Source of the DNA: an uncultured Acidobacteriota bacterium
GTDB taxonomy: Bacteria > Acidobacteriota > Polarisedimenticolia > J045
NCBI GenBank assembly: GCA_963702425.1
Contig: CAVPCQ010000011.1
Coordinates: forward strand, 1 to 64,000
Length of the DNA stretch: 64,000 bases
Direction: 5' to 3'
The notes beneath the pieces are model-generated. The model did no database searches. It worked only from the letters and a program-made list of their open reading frames with translations, and had not been told where the DNA came from. This document shows positions 27,640 to 37,800 of the stretch, piece by piece; the stretch's first letter is position 1; each line of letters starts with the position of its first letter. A program made the position numbers and the translations under genes.

Positions 27640-28592
27640 GCCGCACCGCGTTCGAGAGGACGCTCCAACGCCTCGGCGAGCTGCGGCGCTGGTCGAGCGT
27701 CCGCGCGCGGTCCTGCGGCATCGGCGCCCTGGCACGCGCGGCAGCGCTCGTCGCGGCGACCTGTCTCGCGGCCGCGCCGACCGGTGCCGAGACCACCGCT
27801 CGCGTTGCGGAGGTCCAGGCGGATCCGGACGCCGCGGGGCCGGACGGCGAACCCCGCCGCTGGGAGTTGAGCGCCGGGTTGATGCTCGCCTCGCTCCCCG
27901 ACTTCGAGGGCAGCCGCACCTCGAGTCCGCGCCTGCTGCCCTGGATCTCGGGCTTCTACCGGACAGGAAAGTGGGGCACCTTCAGCCTCGACACCGGCGC
28001 CCTCACCGTCCCTGGCGCATTCTCGTGGGAGTTCATCGACCGCGACGAGCGCGGTCTCGGAGTGCTCCTCGGCGAGCGCGCGAGCCGCTCCGAGAGCGAC
28101 CCGTCGCTGTTCTCGCTCGATGGCGGCAGCGCGCGCCTGCGCGGGTCGGGGTCGATCGACGGCGGCTTCGACTACGGCCTGCAGGCCCGGATCTCGGTCT
28201 TCGGTGTCCCGCTCTTCGCGCAGGTGCGGCGCGCATTCGAGAGCTCCGGCGGCACCCTCGTCATCGCGGGCATGTACGCCCCGATCGAGTGGGGCGACCG
28301 CCTCACTCTGACCGTCTTGCCGACCATGGCTTGGGCCGATGCCGATGAGGCGCAGACGTACTTCGGCGTGACCCCGCAGCAGTCCGCCGGCACCGGCCTT
28401 CCCGCCTACTCAGCGGCCGCCGGCTGGTGGCGCGCAGGGTGCGAGACCCTGATCGACGTCAAGATCTCCGGCGGCTGGTCCGTGACCGCCGACGTCGCCT
28501 ACACGCGTCTGCTGGGGGACGCGGCGCGCAGCCCGATCGTCGAGAGCGCGGATCAGTTCGGCGCCGGCCTCGGTCTGACCTACGAGTTCTGA
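27636..28592 (+). CDS. MipA/OmpV-family outer-membrane beta-barrel
   Basis: PDFEGS, YFGVTPQQS, LLGDAARSPIV, C-terminal LTYEF beta-signal. Start position uncertain. Confidence 0.88.
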   Translation: MSRTAFERTLQRLGELRRWSSVRARSCGIGALARAAALVAATCLAAAPTGAETTARVAEVQADPDAAGPDGEPRRWELSAGLMLASLPDFEGSRTSSPRLLPWISGFYRTGKWGTFSLDTGALTVPGAFSWEFIDRDERGLGVLLGERASRSESDPSLFSLDGGSARLRGSGSIDGGFDYGLQARISVFGVPLFAQVRRAFESSGGTLVIAGMYAPIEWGDRLTLTVLPTMAWADADEAQTYFGVTPQQSAGTGLPAYSAAAGWWRAGCETLIDVKISGGWSVTADVAYTRLLGDAARSPIVESADQFGAGLGLTYEF

Positions 28593-28968
28593 GCGGGATC
28601 GTCCCGCTCACGAGGCGCCCCGCGGCGATGCGGCACTGCCGCCTTCGCCTCCCGGCACGCCGCGGGCAGGACGATCTGCCCGTCCTCGTCACGCATGTCA
28701 CGGGTGTCGTCCGCTCGGCCGCGGCCAGGGCTGACCCGCGTGCAGCCCGAGGACCGCGCGGGAACACCCCGCTGCGGGGCCGGCACGGCGGTCGGCCCCT
28801 GCGAACCGGGGCCTGCTGATCGGAGGCCGCGATCCTGCCGACATGGGACGCCTTCTCCCCGCCCGCCCCAGCAATGGGAAGAGCCCTTCCCGCTGGTTCC
28901 TCCTGAAGGGCGCCGCCCGCTGGCCCGCCGTTTGCAGCCAATCGAGAGCGCTACCCGAGGGAGGTCCC

Positions 28969-29385
28969 ATGCAGCAATGCGCAGCCATGGTCGCCGTCCT
29001 GCTGGCAGGGTTCGTGGGCGCCCCGGGCTTCGGCGGGGCAATCTCCCGGAGTCCTCGTTCGTCGAGCCCGTCCTACACCGTGCACTGGCCGGGGGAACGG
29101 CCGCGGTCGACGGGTTCCCTCGACGCGGCGACAGCAACCCAGCCGAGCGAGACGCTGCGCCGCGAGGGGACGCTGTTTCTCATCGTGCCCGACTCGCGCT
29201 CGCAGTACGGGGACTACATCCGCATCCGGGCCAGCGTGGACGGGACGGTGGTCCGACTGAACGGACGCCTTGCGATCACGCTTGCGGCGCAGGAGGAGTG
29301 GCTCTTCACGCCCGGCTGGGTGACGCTGCGGATCCAGGCGACGGACCCGGTCGTGATGAGCTTCCTCGTCAGGCCGGAACACTGA
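28969..29385 (+). CDS. Hypothetical secreted protein
   Basis: GGAGG RBS, signal-peptide-like N-terminus, beta-rich remainder. No recognised family. Confidence 0.55.
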   Translation: MQQCAAMVAVLLAGFVGAPGFGGAISRSPRSSSPSYTVHWPGERPRSTGSLDAATATQPSETLRREGTLFLIVPDSRSQYGDYIRIRASVDGTVVRLNGRLAITLAAQEEWLFTPGWVTLRIQATDPVVMSFLVRPEH

Positions 29386-29748
29386 GCCGCCCCTGCTGCC
29401 CGGACGGAAGCTCCAGCCGTTCGACGCACACCTCGGTCCTCGGATCGCTCCGGAGCGGGTCGAAGTCGGAGCGCTGGATGAGCTGGTTCAGACCGCGTCT
29501 GATGACACAACGAGGCCAGCAGCGACGCGTGGGGGTCAGGAGTGCGCCGCCGTGGACACGGCGCCCGGGACTGCGAGCCGGGTGCCGGCCCAGAGCAGAC
29601 GGTCCGGAGCAGCCAGCGCCAGGCGATCGTCCACATCCGGGCGCGGACCGTTGCACCGTGGATGCGCCAATGGCCCCTCGGCCAGCCCCCGCCCCGCGAC
29701 GGGCCCCCCGCCCTTCCCCGCCCTAGCTTCTCCTCGAGGGCCCCCTCG

Positions 29749-30030
29749 ATGAGCAGGAAGAGCGGAGGCTTCGGGCTGGTGCTGCTGGTCGTCGTGATGG
29801 CGATCGTCCTGCTGCTGGTCGCGAAGAACTGGCAGGCCGCGGCGCCGCGGCTGTCCGAGACGATGCGCGCGCGGCCCGACGCAGCCCGCGCCGGTGGCGC
29901 GGAGGCCGGGACTGACCCGGCCGGGGACGCCGGGGCCCCACGCCGCACCCTCCCCGGCGTCGGCGAGATGAAGCAGGCGACCGATCAGCACGCCGACCAG
30001 GTGCAGGAGGCGCTCTCCGAGGCCCGTTAG
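29749..30030 (+). CDS. Small single-TM hypothetical protein
   Basis: MSRKSGGFGLVLLVVVMAIVLLLVAKNWQ..., GC3-rich codons, directly upstream of ppk1. Confidence 0.7.
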   Translation: MSRKSGGFGLVLLVVVMAIVLLLVAKNWQAAAPRLSETMRARPDAARAGGAEAGTDPAGDAGAPRRTLPGVGEMKQATDQHADQVQEALSEAR

Positions 30031-30116
30031 CCCGACCGGACCCGGACTGCGCCTGGAACACCCGCCCGGTTGGCAGACCGGCCACCCCGGTGCCACCCTG
30101 AGGCCTCGGAGGACCG

Positions 30117-32357
30117 ATGACCCGGAAACAGGACGCGACCTGGGACGCGGCGGAAGCCGACCTCGAGCCCGGGACCGCGTGGGGGGAGAGCGACGCGGCG
30201 GTGGACCCGGGATCCGAGGAGTCGCTGCCGCTGGCGCTCCCGCCCGGCTGGCGCAAGCGCGATCTGTTCGTCAACCGCGAGCTGTCGCTCCTGCAGTTCC
30301 AGCGCCGGGTGCTGGAAGAGGCGCAGGACGCCTCGCACCCGCTGCTCGAGCGGGTGAAGTTCCTGTCGATCGTCGGCTCGAACCTCGACGAGTTCTTCAT
30401 GGTGCGCGTGCCGGGCCTCAAGGAGCAGGCCGCCGTCGGCGTGGGCGAGTTGCCCCCGGACGGCCTGACGCCGCACGACCAGCTGTCGGAGATCCGCCAC
30501 GTGGCGCTCGACCTGATGGACGCGGCGCGGGCCACCTGGCACCGCGACCTCGTGCCCGCGCTCGAGACCGAAGGGATCCTGGTCCGCGGCTGGTCCGAGC
30601 TGTCCTCCCGCCAGAAGGCGGAGATGACCGAGTACTTCGAGCAGTTCATCTTTCCGATCCTGACGCCGCTGGCGGTCGACCCGGGCCGCCCGTTCCCGCA
30701 CATCTCGAACCTCTCGCTCAACCTCGCCGTGCTGATCCGCGGCGCCGACGGGCAGGAACGCTTCGCGCGCGTCAAGGTCCCGAGCCAGCTCCCGCGTCTG
30801 CTGCCGGTCGGCCGCCCCGCTTCGAACGGGCGCGGCGGCAAGGGCGCGGCCGCGGCGGGTCCCCGGCGCGCCGAGACCTTCGCCTGGGTCGAGGACGTGA
30901 TCGCCGCCAATCTCGACGCGCTCTTCCCGGGTATGACCGTGCTCGAGGCCTACCCGTTCCACGTCACGCGCGACGCCGACATGGTGATCCAGGAGCTGGA
31001 GGCCGAGGACCTGCTCGAGACGATCGAGCAGGGGGTGCGCGCGCGGCAGTTCGGCAGCGTGACGCGGCTCAAGGTCCCTCCGGCGATGCCGCCCGGGACG
31101 CGCGACCTGCTGGTCGACAACCTCGAGATGGACCCGCGCGACGTCTACGTCCTCGAGGCGCCGCTGGCGCTGGCCGGGCTGATGGGCTTCTTCGGCGCGT
31201 CGGACCGCTGGGACCTGAAGGACGTGCCGTTCAAGCCCGCGCTGCCGCGCGCCCTCGATCCGCAGCAGGACGGCGAGGAGGGCATCTTCGCGGCGATCCG
31301 GCAGGGCGACATCCTGCTTCACCACCCCTACGACTCGTTCCGCCCGGTGGTCGATTTCCTGAAGGCCGCGGCGCAGGACCCCGACGTGCTGGCGATCAAG
31401 CAGACGCTCTACCGCGTCGGACGCAACTCGCCGGTGGTCGAGGCGCTGCTCGAGGCGCGCGAGGAGGACAAGCAGGTCGCGGTGCTGGTCGAGCTGAAGG
31501 CGCGCTTCGACGAGGAGAGCAACATCAACTGGGCGCGCAAGCTGGAGGCCGAGGGGACGCACGTGATCTACGGCCTGCTGGGCTTGAAGACGCACGGCAA
31601 GGTGGCGCTCGTGGTGCGGCGGGAAGGCAAGCGCCTGCGCCGCTACATCCACCTCTCCACGGGGAACTACAACACCGTCACCGCCAATCTGTATACCGAC
31701 ATCGGCTATTTCACCTGCGACCCCGAGATCGGCGAGGACGTGTCGGACCTGTTCAACTACCTCACCGGCTACTCGGCCAAGCGGGACTACCGGAAGCTGC
31801 TCGTCGCCCCGATCAACCTGCGCGAGCGGATGACGGAGCGGATCGACCGTGAGATCGAGCACGCGCGGCGCGGCGAGCCGGCCCACCTGGTCTTCAAGTT
31901 CAACGCGCTGCTCGACAAGCAGATGATCATGCACTTCTACCGTGCGTCACAGGCCGGCGTGAAGGTCGACCTGCTGGTGCGCGGGATCTGCTGCCTGAAG
32001 CCGGGGGTGCCGGGCCTGTCGGACAACATCCAGGTGATCAGCACGCTCGGGCGCTTTCTCGAGCACAGCCGGATCTTCTGGTTCCGCAACGGCGGCGAGG
32101 AGGAAGTGCTCCTCGGAAGCGCCGACCTGATGCCGCGCAACCTCGACCGCCGGGTCGAGGTCCTCTTCCCGATCCAGGACGCGCGCTGGGTGCGGTACCT
32201 CAAGGACGAGGTCCTCGACGTCTACCTGAAGGACAACCTCAAGGCGCGGCAGATGCGGCCCGACGGCCGCTACGAGCGCGTGCCGGCCGACCGGGGGGAG
32301 TCGCCGTTCTCCGCGCAGGCCCACCTGCTTTCGGTCCGGGGCAGCAGCAGGCGCTAG
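30117..32357 (+). CDS. ppk1: Polyphosphate kinase 1
   Basis: NRELSLLQF, SNLDEFFMVRV, LHHPYDSF, KQTLYR, ELKARFDE, KTHGK, GRFLEHSR, GSADLMPRNLDRRVE. Confidence 0.97.
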   Translation: MTRKQDATWDAAEADLEPGTAWGESDAAVDPGSEESLPLALPPGWRKRDLFVNRELSLLQFQRRVLEEAQDASHPLLERVKFLSIVGSNLDEFFMVRVPGLKEQAAVGVGELPPDGLTPHDQLSEIRHVALDLMDAARATWHRDLVPALETEGILVRGWSELSSRQKAEMTEYFEQFIFPILTPLAVDPGRPFPHISNLSLNLAVLIRGADGQERFARVKVPSQLPRLLPVGRPASNGRGGKGAAAAGPRRAETFAWVEDVIAANLDALFPGMTVLEAYPFHVTRDADMVIQELEAEDLLETIEQGVRARQFGSVTRLKVPPAMPPGTRDLLVDNLEMDPRDVYVLEAPLALAGLMGFFGASDRWDLKDVPFKPALPRALDPQQDGEEGIFAAIRQGDILLHHPYDSFRPVVDFLKAAAQDPDVLAIKQTLYRVGRNSPVVEALLEAREEDKQVAVLVELKARFDEESNINWARKLEAEGTHVIYGLLGLKTHGKVALVVRREGKRLRRYIHLSTGNYNTVTANLYTDIGYFTCDPEIGEDVSDLFNYLTGYSAKRDYRKLLVAPINLRERMTERIDREIEHARRGEPAHLVFKFNALLDKQMIMHFYRASQAGVKVDLLVRGICCLKPGVPGLSDNIQVISTLGRFLEHSRIFWFRNGGEEEVLLGSADLMPRNLDRRVEVLFPIQDARWVRYLKDEVLDVYLKDNLKARQMRPDGRYERVPADRGESPFSAQAHLLSVRGSSRR

Positions 32358-32437
32358 GTTCGACCGTTCGACCGATTCGTTCGACCATCAGCCCGCCGGG
32401 CTGGGAAACCGTTCGGTAAGGGTGCATACTCTGCCCT

Positions 32438-32466
32438 CAAAACGATCGTTTGGAATGATCGTTTGA
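32438..32466. promoter_or_regulatory. Putative TetR operator
   Basis: Perfect palindrome AAACGATCGTTT (32440-32451) plus a second near-copy AATGATCGTTTG just upstream of the TetR gene. Confidence 0.55.
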
Positions 32467-32482
32467 ACGAGGGCAGTCACCG

Positions 32483-33187
32483 ATGACCGGAGACCCCCTT
32501 CCCGCCCCCACCCCGCCTCCGGCCGAGGCGGGCCCCTCGACCGAGGGGCGCCTGCTCGCCGCGGCCGAGAAGCTCTTCGCCGAGCGCGGGTTCGCCGCCA
32601 CCTCGGTCCGCGACATCACCTCCGAGGCCGGGACGAGCGTCGCCGCCGTCAACTACCACTTCGGTAGCAAGGACAGCCTCTACCGCGAGCTGTTCGTCCT
32701 GCGGCTGCGTGGGATGCGCGAGCAGCGCCTGCGGGCGATCCGGCAGGTGCTGGAGGCGGCGGACGAGGCGGCGGGCGCGGCGCCGGGCGCGGTCGACCCG
32801 GCCCACCTGCTGCGCGCGTTCGCCGGCGCCTTCCTGGAGCCGGTCAGCGACTGGGAGCGCGGCCGGAACCTGGTCCGGCTCCTGACGCGCGAGTTCGTCG
32901 ACCGCAACCTGCCGCCCGAGATCTTCTGCGACGAGATGATCCGGCCGGTCGAGGCGGCGTTCGTGGCCGCGCTGCGCCGCGCCGTCCCCGGCCTCGGAGA
33001 GCGCGAGGCGGTGCTCGTCGCGCACTTCTTCGTCGCCCAGTTGATGTACATCGTCGACATGGCCGAGCTGGTCGGCACGCTCGACGGCCGGCACGCGCTC
33101 GGCAGCTCGTTCGAGGCGCTGGTCGACGAGATCGTCCGTTTCTCGACCGCGGGGCTCGCCGCCTACGCGCCCGGAAAGACCGCATGA
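32483..33187 (+). CDS. TetR family regulator (CerR-like) of RND operon
   Basis: LFAERGFAATSVRDIT...AAVNYHFGSKDSLY. Confidence 0.92.
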   Translation: MTGDPLPAPTPPPAEAGPSTEGRLLAAAEKLFAERGFAATSVRDITSEAGTSVAAVNYHFGSKDSLYRELFVLRLRGMREQRLRAIRQVLEAADEAAGAAPGAVDPAHLLRAFAGAFLEPVSDWERGRNLVRLLTREFVDRNLPPEIFCDEMIRPVEAAFVAALRRAVPGLGEREAVLVAHFFVAQLMYIVDMAELVGTLDGRHALGSSFEALVDEIVRFSTAGLAAYAPGKTA

Positions 33188-34668
33188 ACGCCAGACACGC
33201 CGCAGGACGCGTCCTGCTCGCCGTCGTCCCCCTGCTCTCGCTGCTGGGTGCCGTCTCGCCGACCGCTGCGGGATCCGGGGCCGGCTCGATCTTCGCTCCC
33301 GCCCCCGCTTTGCCGTCGGGCGCACGCGCCGACGCCGCGCTGCCGGTCGTCACCGGACCGCTGTCGCTGGAGGACGCGCTGAAGCTGGCGCTGCAGTACG
33401 GCGTGCCGCTGCGCCGCGCCCGCGAGGACCAGGAGATCGCCCGCGGCCGGCGGAAGGAGGCCTTGAGCGAGGTCCTGCCGAAGGTCTCCGCCGTCGGGGA
33501 ATACGACCGGCTCGACCGGGAGTTCACCGTCGACTTCGACGGGGAGGGGGGCGAGGCCCCGGTCAACTTCACGTACCTCGACAACTACAGCCTCGGACTG
33601 CTGGTGGAGCAACCGCTGTTCCGCGCCGGCCGCGGCGTGGCAGCGATCCGCGCCTCGCAGTACTACGACATGTTCACCGACGAGACACTGCGCGCGGCGG
33701 TCCAGCAGACGCTGTTCGATGCGACGCAGGCCTACTACTACGCGATGCTGGCCCGCGAGCAGGTCCGGGTGCTCGAGGCCTCGCTGCAGCTGGCCGAGGC
33801 GCAGTTCAAGGACACCGAGACCAAGAAGAAGTACGGCGTGGCCTCCGAGTTCAACGTGCTGCGGGCCGACGTCGAGGTCAGCAACGCCAAGGCGCAATTG
33901 ATCCGCGCCCGGAACGACCTCGACTTCGCCTGGAGCGACCTGTTCCGCGTGCTGGGGGTCTCGCAGAACAGCGCGGTCGAGCTGACCCAGAAGCTGGAGC
34001 GCGACAGCGCGATTCCCGTGTTCGAGGAGTCGCGGGAGACGGCTTTCGAAAACCGCCCGGAGCTCTCCGCCGCAGCGCTCGTCGTGAAACTGCAGGAGCA
34101 GAAGCTCAAGGTGCTGCGCTCCGAGTACTGGCCGACCTTCGACGCCTTCTACTCCTTTCGCTACGCGAAGCCCGACCCGGTCGACACCTTCGTCTACGAC
34201 TGGGGCTCGACCTGGAGCGCCGGGATCCTGATGCGCTGGAACGTCTTCGACGGGTTGCGCCGCGAGGGGATCCTGATCCAGGAGAAGGCCCGCCAGCGGC
34301 AGTACGAGCTGGACTGGCTCGACACCGTCGAGCGCACCAGCCAGGAGGTCCGCAAGTCGACCGACGCGATCGAGAATGCGCTCGAGGCGCTCAGGGCCCA
34401 GGACAAGACGCTGTCGCAGGCCCAGGAGGGGCTGCGGCTGGCCGAGGTCGGCTTCCGCGAGGGGACACTCGACCAGGTCGCGGTGCTCGACGCGCGGACC
34501 GCGCTGACCTCCGCGCAACTGCTCTACTTCCGCTCGCTGTACGATTACTACGTCGCGAAGCTCTACCTCGCGCGGGTCACCGGCACGCTCGGCCCGAAAG
34601 CCGGCGAGCCCGTGACGCTCCCGCCCCCGCCTCCCCCGCCGGTGCCTTCCCGCGAGACCGAGAGGTAG
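33184..34668 (+). CDS. TolC-family outer-membrane efflux protein
   Basis: LSLEDALKLAL, two OEP repeats, operon context. Confidence 0.9.
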   Translation: MNARHAAGRVLLAVVPLLSLLGAVSPTAAGSGAGSIFAPAPALPSGARADAALPVVTGPLSLEDALKLALQYGVPLRRAREDQEIARGRRKEALSEVLPKVSAVGEYDRLDREFTVDFDGEGGEAPVNFTYLDNYSLGLLVEQPLFRAGRGVAAIRASQYYDMFTDETLRAAVQQTLFDATQAYYYAMLAREQVRVLEASLQLAEAQFKDTETKKKYGVASEFNVLRADVEVSNAKAQLIRARNDLDFAWSDLFRVLGVSQNSAVELTQKLERDSAIPVFEESRETAFENRPELSAAALVVKLQEQKLKVLRSEYWPTFDAFYSFRYAKPDPVDTFVYDWGSTWSAGILMRWNVFDGLRREGILIQEKARQRQYELDWLDTVERTSQEVRKSTDAIENALEALRAQDKTLSQAQEGLRLAEVGFREGTLDQVAVLDARTALTSAQLLYFRSLYDYYVAKLYLARVTGTLGPKAGEPVTLPPPPPPPVPSRETER

Positions 34669-34673
34669 CCGCC

Positions 34674-37600
34674 ATGTGGATCTCCGACACCTCCATCCGG
34701 CGCCCCGTCACGACCCTGACGCTGATGGCGGCGCTGGTCGTCTTCGGCTGGCTGGCCTTCAGCCGGATGGGCGTCGACGCCTTCCCCGAGGTCGAGTTCC
34801 CGATCGTCACGGTCCAGACCGTCCTCGTCGGCGCCAGTCCCGAGGTCATGGACCAGGACGTGACCGACGTGATCGAGGAGCAGATCAAGACGATCGGCGG
34901 GATTCGCCAGCTCACCTCGGCCAGCATGGAGGGGTTCTCGATGGTCACCGTCGAGTTCGAGCTGGACAAGGAGATCGACGTCGCGGCGCAGGAGGTGCGC
35001 GCGAAGGTCGCGCTGGCGCGCCGGTTCCTGCCGGACGACATCGAGGAGCCGATCGTCGAGAAGTTCGACATCGGCGGCTTCCCCTTCATGTGGCTCGGCG
35101 TCTCCGGGAGCGTCCCCTACGGCGAGCTGTCGTTCTACGCCGAGAAGGTGCTGAAGGAGCAGCTGCAGTCGATCAAGGGGGTCGGGAACGTCGAGGTCGG
35201 CGGGCTGCGCAAGCGCGAGATCCGGGTCTGGCTCGATCCGCAGAAGCTCGAGGCGCGCGGCCTGACGGCGCTCGACGTGGCGCGCGCGATCCAGATGAAG
35301 CACGTCGAGCTGCCGGGCGGCCGGATCGAGACGCCGGAGACCGAATTCTCGGTCAAAGTCGAGGGCGAATACGGCTCGGTCGAGGAGCTGCGCCAGCTCG
35401 TCGTCGCCGAGCGCGGCGGGACGATCATCACGCTCGCCGACGTCGGCCGGGTGGACGACGGCTTCGAGGACCTGCGCGCGATCGCCCGCTTCTCCGGCAG
35501 CCCGACCGTCGGCCTGGGGGTCCGGAAGCAGCCCAAGTCGAACCTGGTCGAGGTCGCCGACCGGGTCAAGGCGCGGCTCGAGGAGATCAAGCTGCACCTG
35601 CCACCCGGGATCTCGATCGCGATCGCCTACGACGGGTCCGTCCTCGATCAAGGAGTCGATCAAGGGGGTCCAGACCGACATCCTGATGGGCATCCTGCTG
35701 ACCGCCGTGATCATGTACCTCTTCCTGCGCACGGTGCGGACGACGGTCGTCGCCGTGGTCGCGATCCCGATCTCGCTGATGGGCGGCTTCATCGTGATGA
35801 AGGCGCTCGGCTTCACCTCCAACAACATGACGATGCTGGCGATGTCGCTCGCCGTCGGGATGGTGATCGACGACGCGATCGTCGTGATCGAGAACATCTA
35901 CCGCCACATCGAGATGGGCGAATCGCCGCTGGAGGCGGCGCGGACCGGCACCTCGGAGGTCGGCCTGGCGGTGCTGGCCGCCACGACTTCGATCGCCGCG
36001 GTCTTCATCCCGGTCGCCTTCATGGAGGGGATCGTCGGGCGGTTCTTCTACCAGTTCGGGCTGACCGTCGCACTGACGATCCTGATCTCGGCTGTCGTCG
36101 CGCTGACCCTGACCCCGTTCCTGTCGTCGCGGCTGATGCACCACGAGACCAGTCACGGGCGGCTCTACAACCTGCTCGAGCGCGGCTTCCAGGGACTGGA
36201 GCGGGTCTACCGCCGGGCGCTCGAGTGGGCGGTCCGCCACCGCGTCGCGGTCCTGGGGCTCGCGGTCGCCGCGTTCGCGGCCGGGCTCGTCCTCGTCCCG
36301 TTCATCGGCTCGGAATTCATCACCGAGGCCGACGAGGGGTTCTTCATGGTCAACTTCGAATTGCCGACGGGAACCTCCTTGGAGCGGACCAACGTCAGGA
36401 TGCGGGAACTGGAGGAGCGCCTGTTCGCCAACCCGGAGATCGAGAGCGCCTTCGCGGCACTCGGCCTGCAGATGGGGGCCGGCGCCGAGCCGAACAAGGG
36501 GCTGTTCTTCGTCAACCTGGTCCCGAAGGCAAAACGCGAGGCCTCGCAGCGCGCGGTCATGGAGCGCGTCCGCGGCCAGCTCGACTTCGACCCGGCCATG
36601 CTGGTCACGCTCGAGACCTTCAACCCGTTCGGGGCGGCCGGCCGCAACACCGACGTCAGCTACGTCATCCAGGGGCCCAGCACGCGGGAGCTGGGCGAGC
36701 TGGCCGACCGGATCACCGCCGAGATGAAGACGAGCGGCCGGTTCAAGGACGTCGACACCGACCTGCGGATCACCAAGCCCGACGTGAAGGTGCGGATCAA
36801 CCGCGGCCTCGCGAACGACCTGGGCGTCGACGTCCGTTCGATCTCGGGCGAGATCTACGCGCTGTTCGGCGGCAACAAGGTTGCCAAGTTCAAGGACGGC
36901 GGCTACCGCTACGACATCCGGATCCGCGCGCTGCCCGAGTACCGCGGCAGGCCCGAGGACCTCGACGGGATCGCGGTCCGCGCGGACAGCGGCCGGCTGA
37001 TCAAGTCGCCCAACCTGATCGAGTACGAGGTCGGAACCGGTCCCAACTCGATCAACCGCTTCGACCGGCGCCGCGCGGTCACGCTGTTCGCCAACGGCAA
37101 GGGGATCGGCGCGGGCGCCGCGTTGACCGAGGTGGAGCAGCTCGTGGCGCGGCTGATGCCGGACGACGGCCGTTACGGGATCGCACTGACCGGCAACGCG
37201 CAGACCCAGCGCGAGTCGTTCCAGTCGCTGCTGACCGCGCTGATCCTCTCGATCCTGGTGATCTACATGATCCTGGCGATCCAGTTCGAGTCGTTCGTCC
37301 ACCCGTTCACGATCATGCTCTCCCTGCCGCTGACGATGATCGGCGTGTTCGGCGCGCTCTTCCTGACCGGCACGACGCTCAACATCTTCTCCTTCATCGG
37401 CATCATCATGCTGATGGGGATCGTCACCAAGAACGCGATCCTGCTGGTCGACTTCGCCAACCAGCAGCGCGAGAAGGGCGCGGACAAGGTGAGCGCGATG
37501 CTGCAGGCCGGTCCGGTCCGGCTGCGGCCGATCCTGATGACCGCCGCGTCGACGATGATCGGCGTCGTGCCGGTCGCGTTGGCCCTCTCCCAGGGCGGCG

Positions 37601-37800
37601 AGACGCGGGCACCGCTGGCGATCGCGGTGATCGGCGGGACCGCGACCTCGACCCTCCTGACGCTCCTGATCATCCCGGTCGTCTACCTGGCGCTCGACGA
37701 CGCCACGGCCCGGGTCAAGCACTTCTTCGGCGCCCGTTCGCGGGCGAAGGAACCGGCGGCGGCGGCGGCGCGCGTCCCCGGTGAGGCGGGCCACGCATGA
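34674..37800 (+). CDS. AcrB-family RND permease, split by a +1 frameshift near 35646
   Basis: SIRRPVTT...DAFPEVEFP N-terminal half; GMVIDDAIVVIENI, GIVTKNAILLVD, RLRPILMT C-terminal half. Removing one base restores YDGSVL-IKESIKGVQTDILMG. Confidence 0.92.

Noticed and set aside
35630-35690. Programmed frameshifting in the RND gene
   Set aside because: No slippery sequence, and similar indels occur in several unrelated genes.
34674-37784. 1036 aa ORF appearing to be a full-length AcrB
   Set aside because: Only the first ~324 aa are AcrB. The rest is out-of-frame read-through after the indel, and the length match is coincidental.
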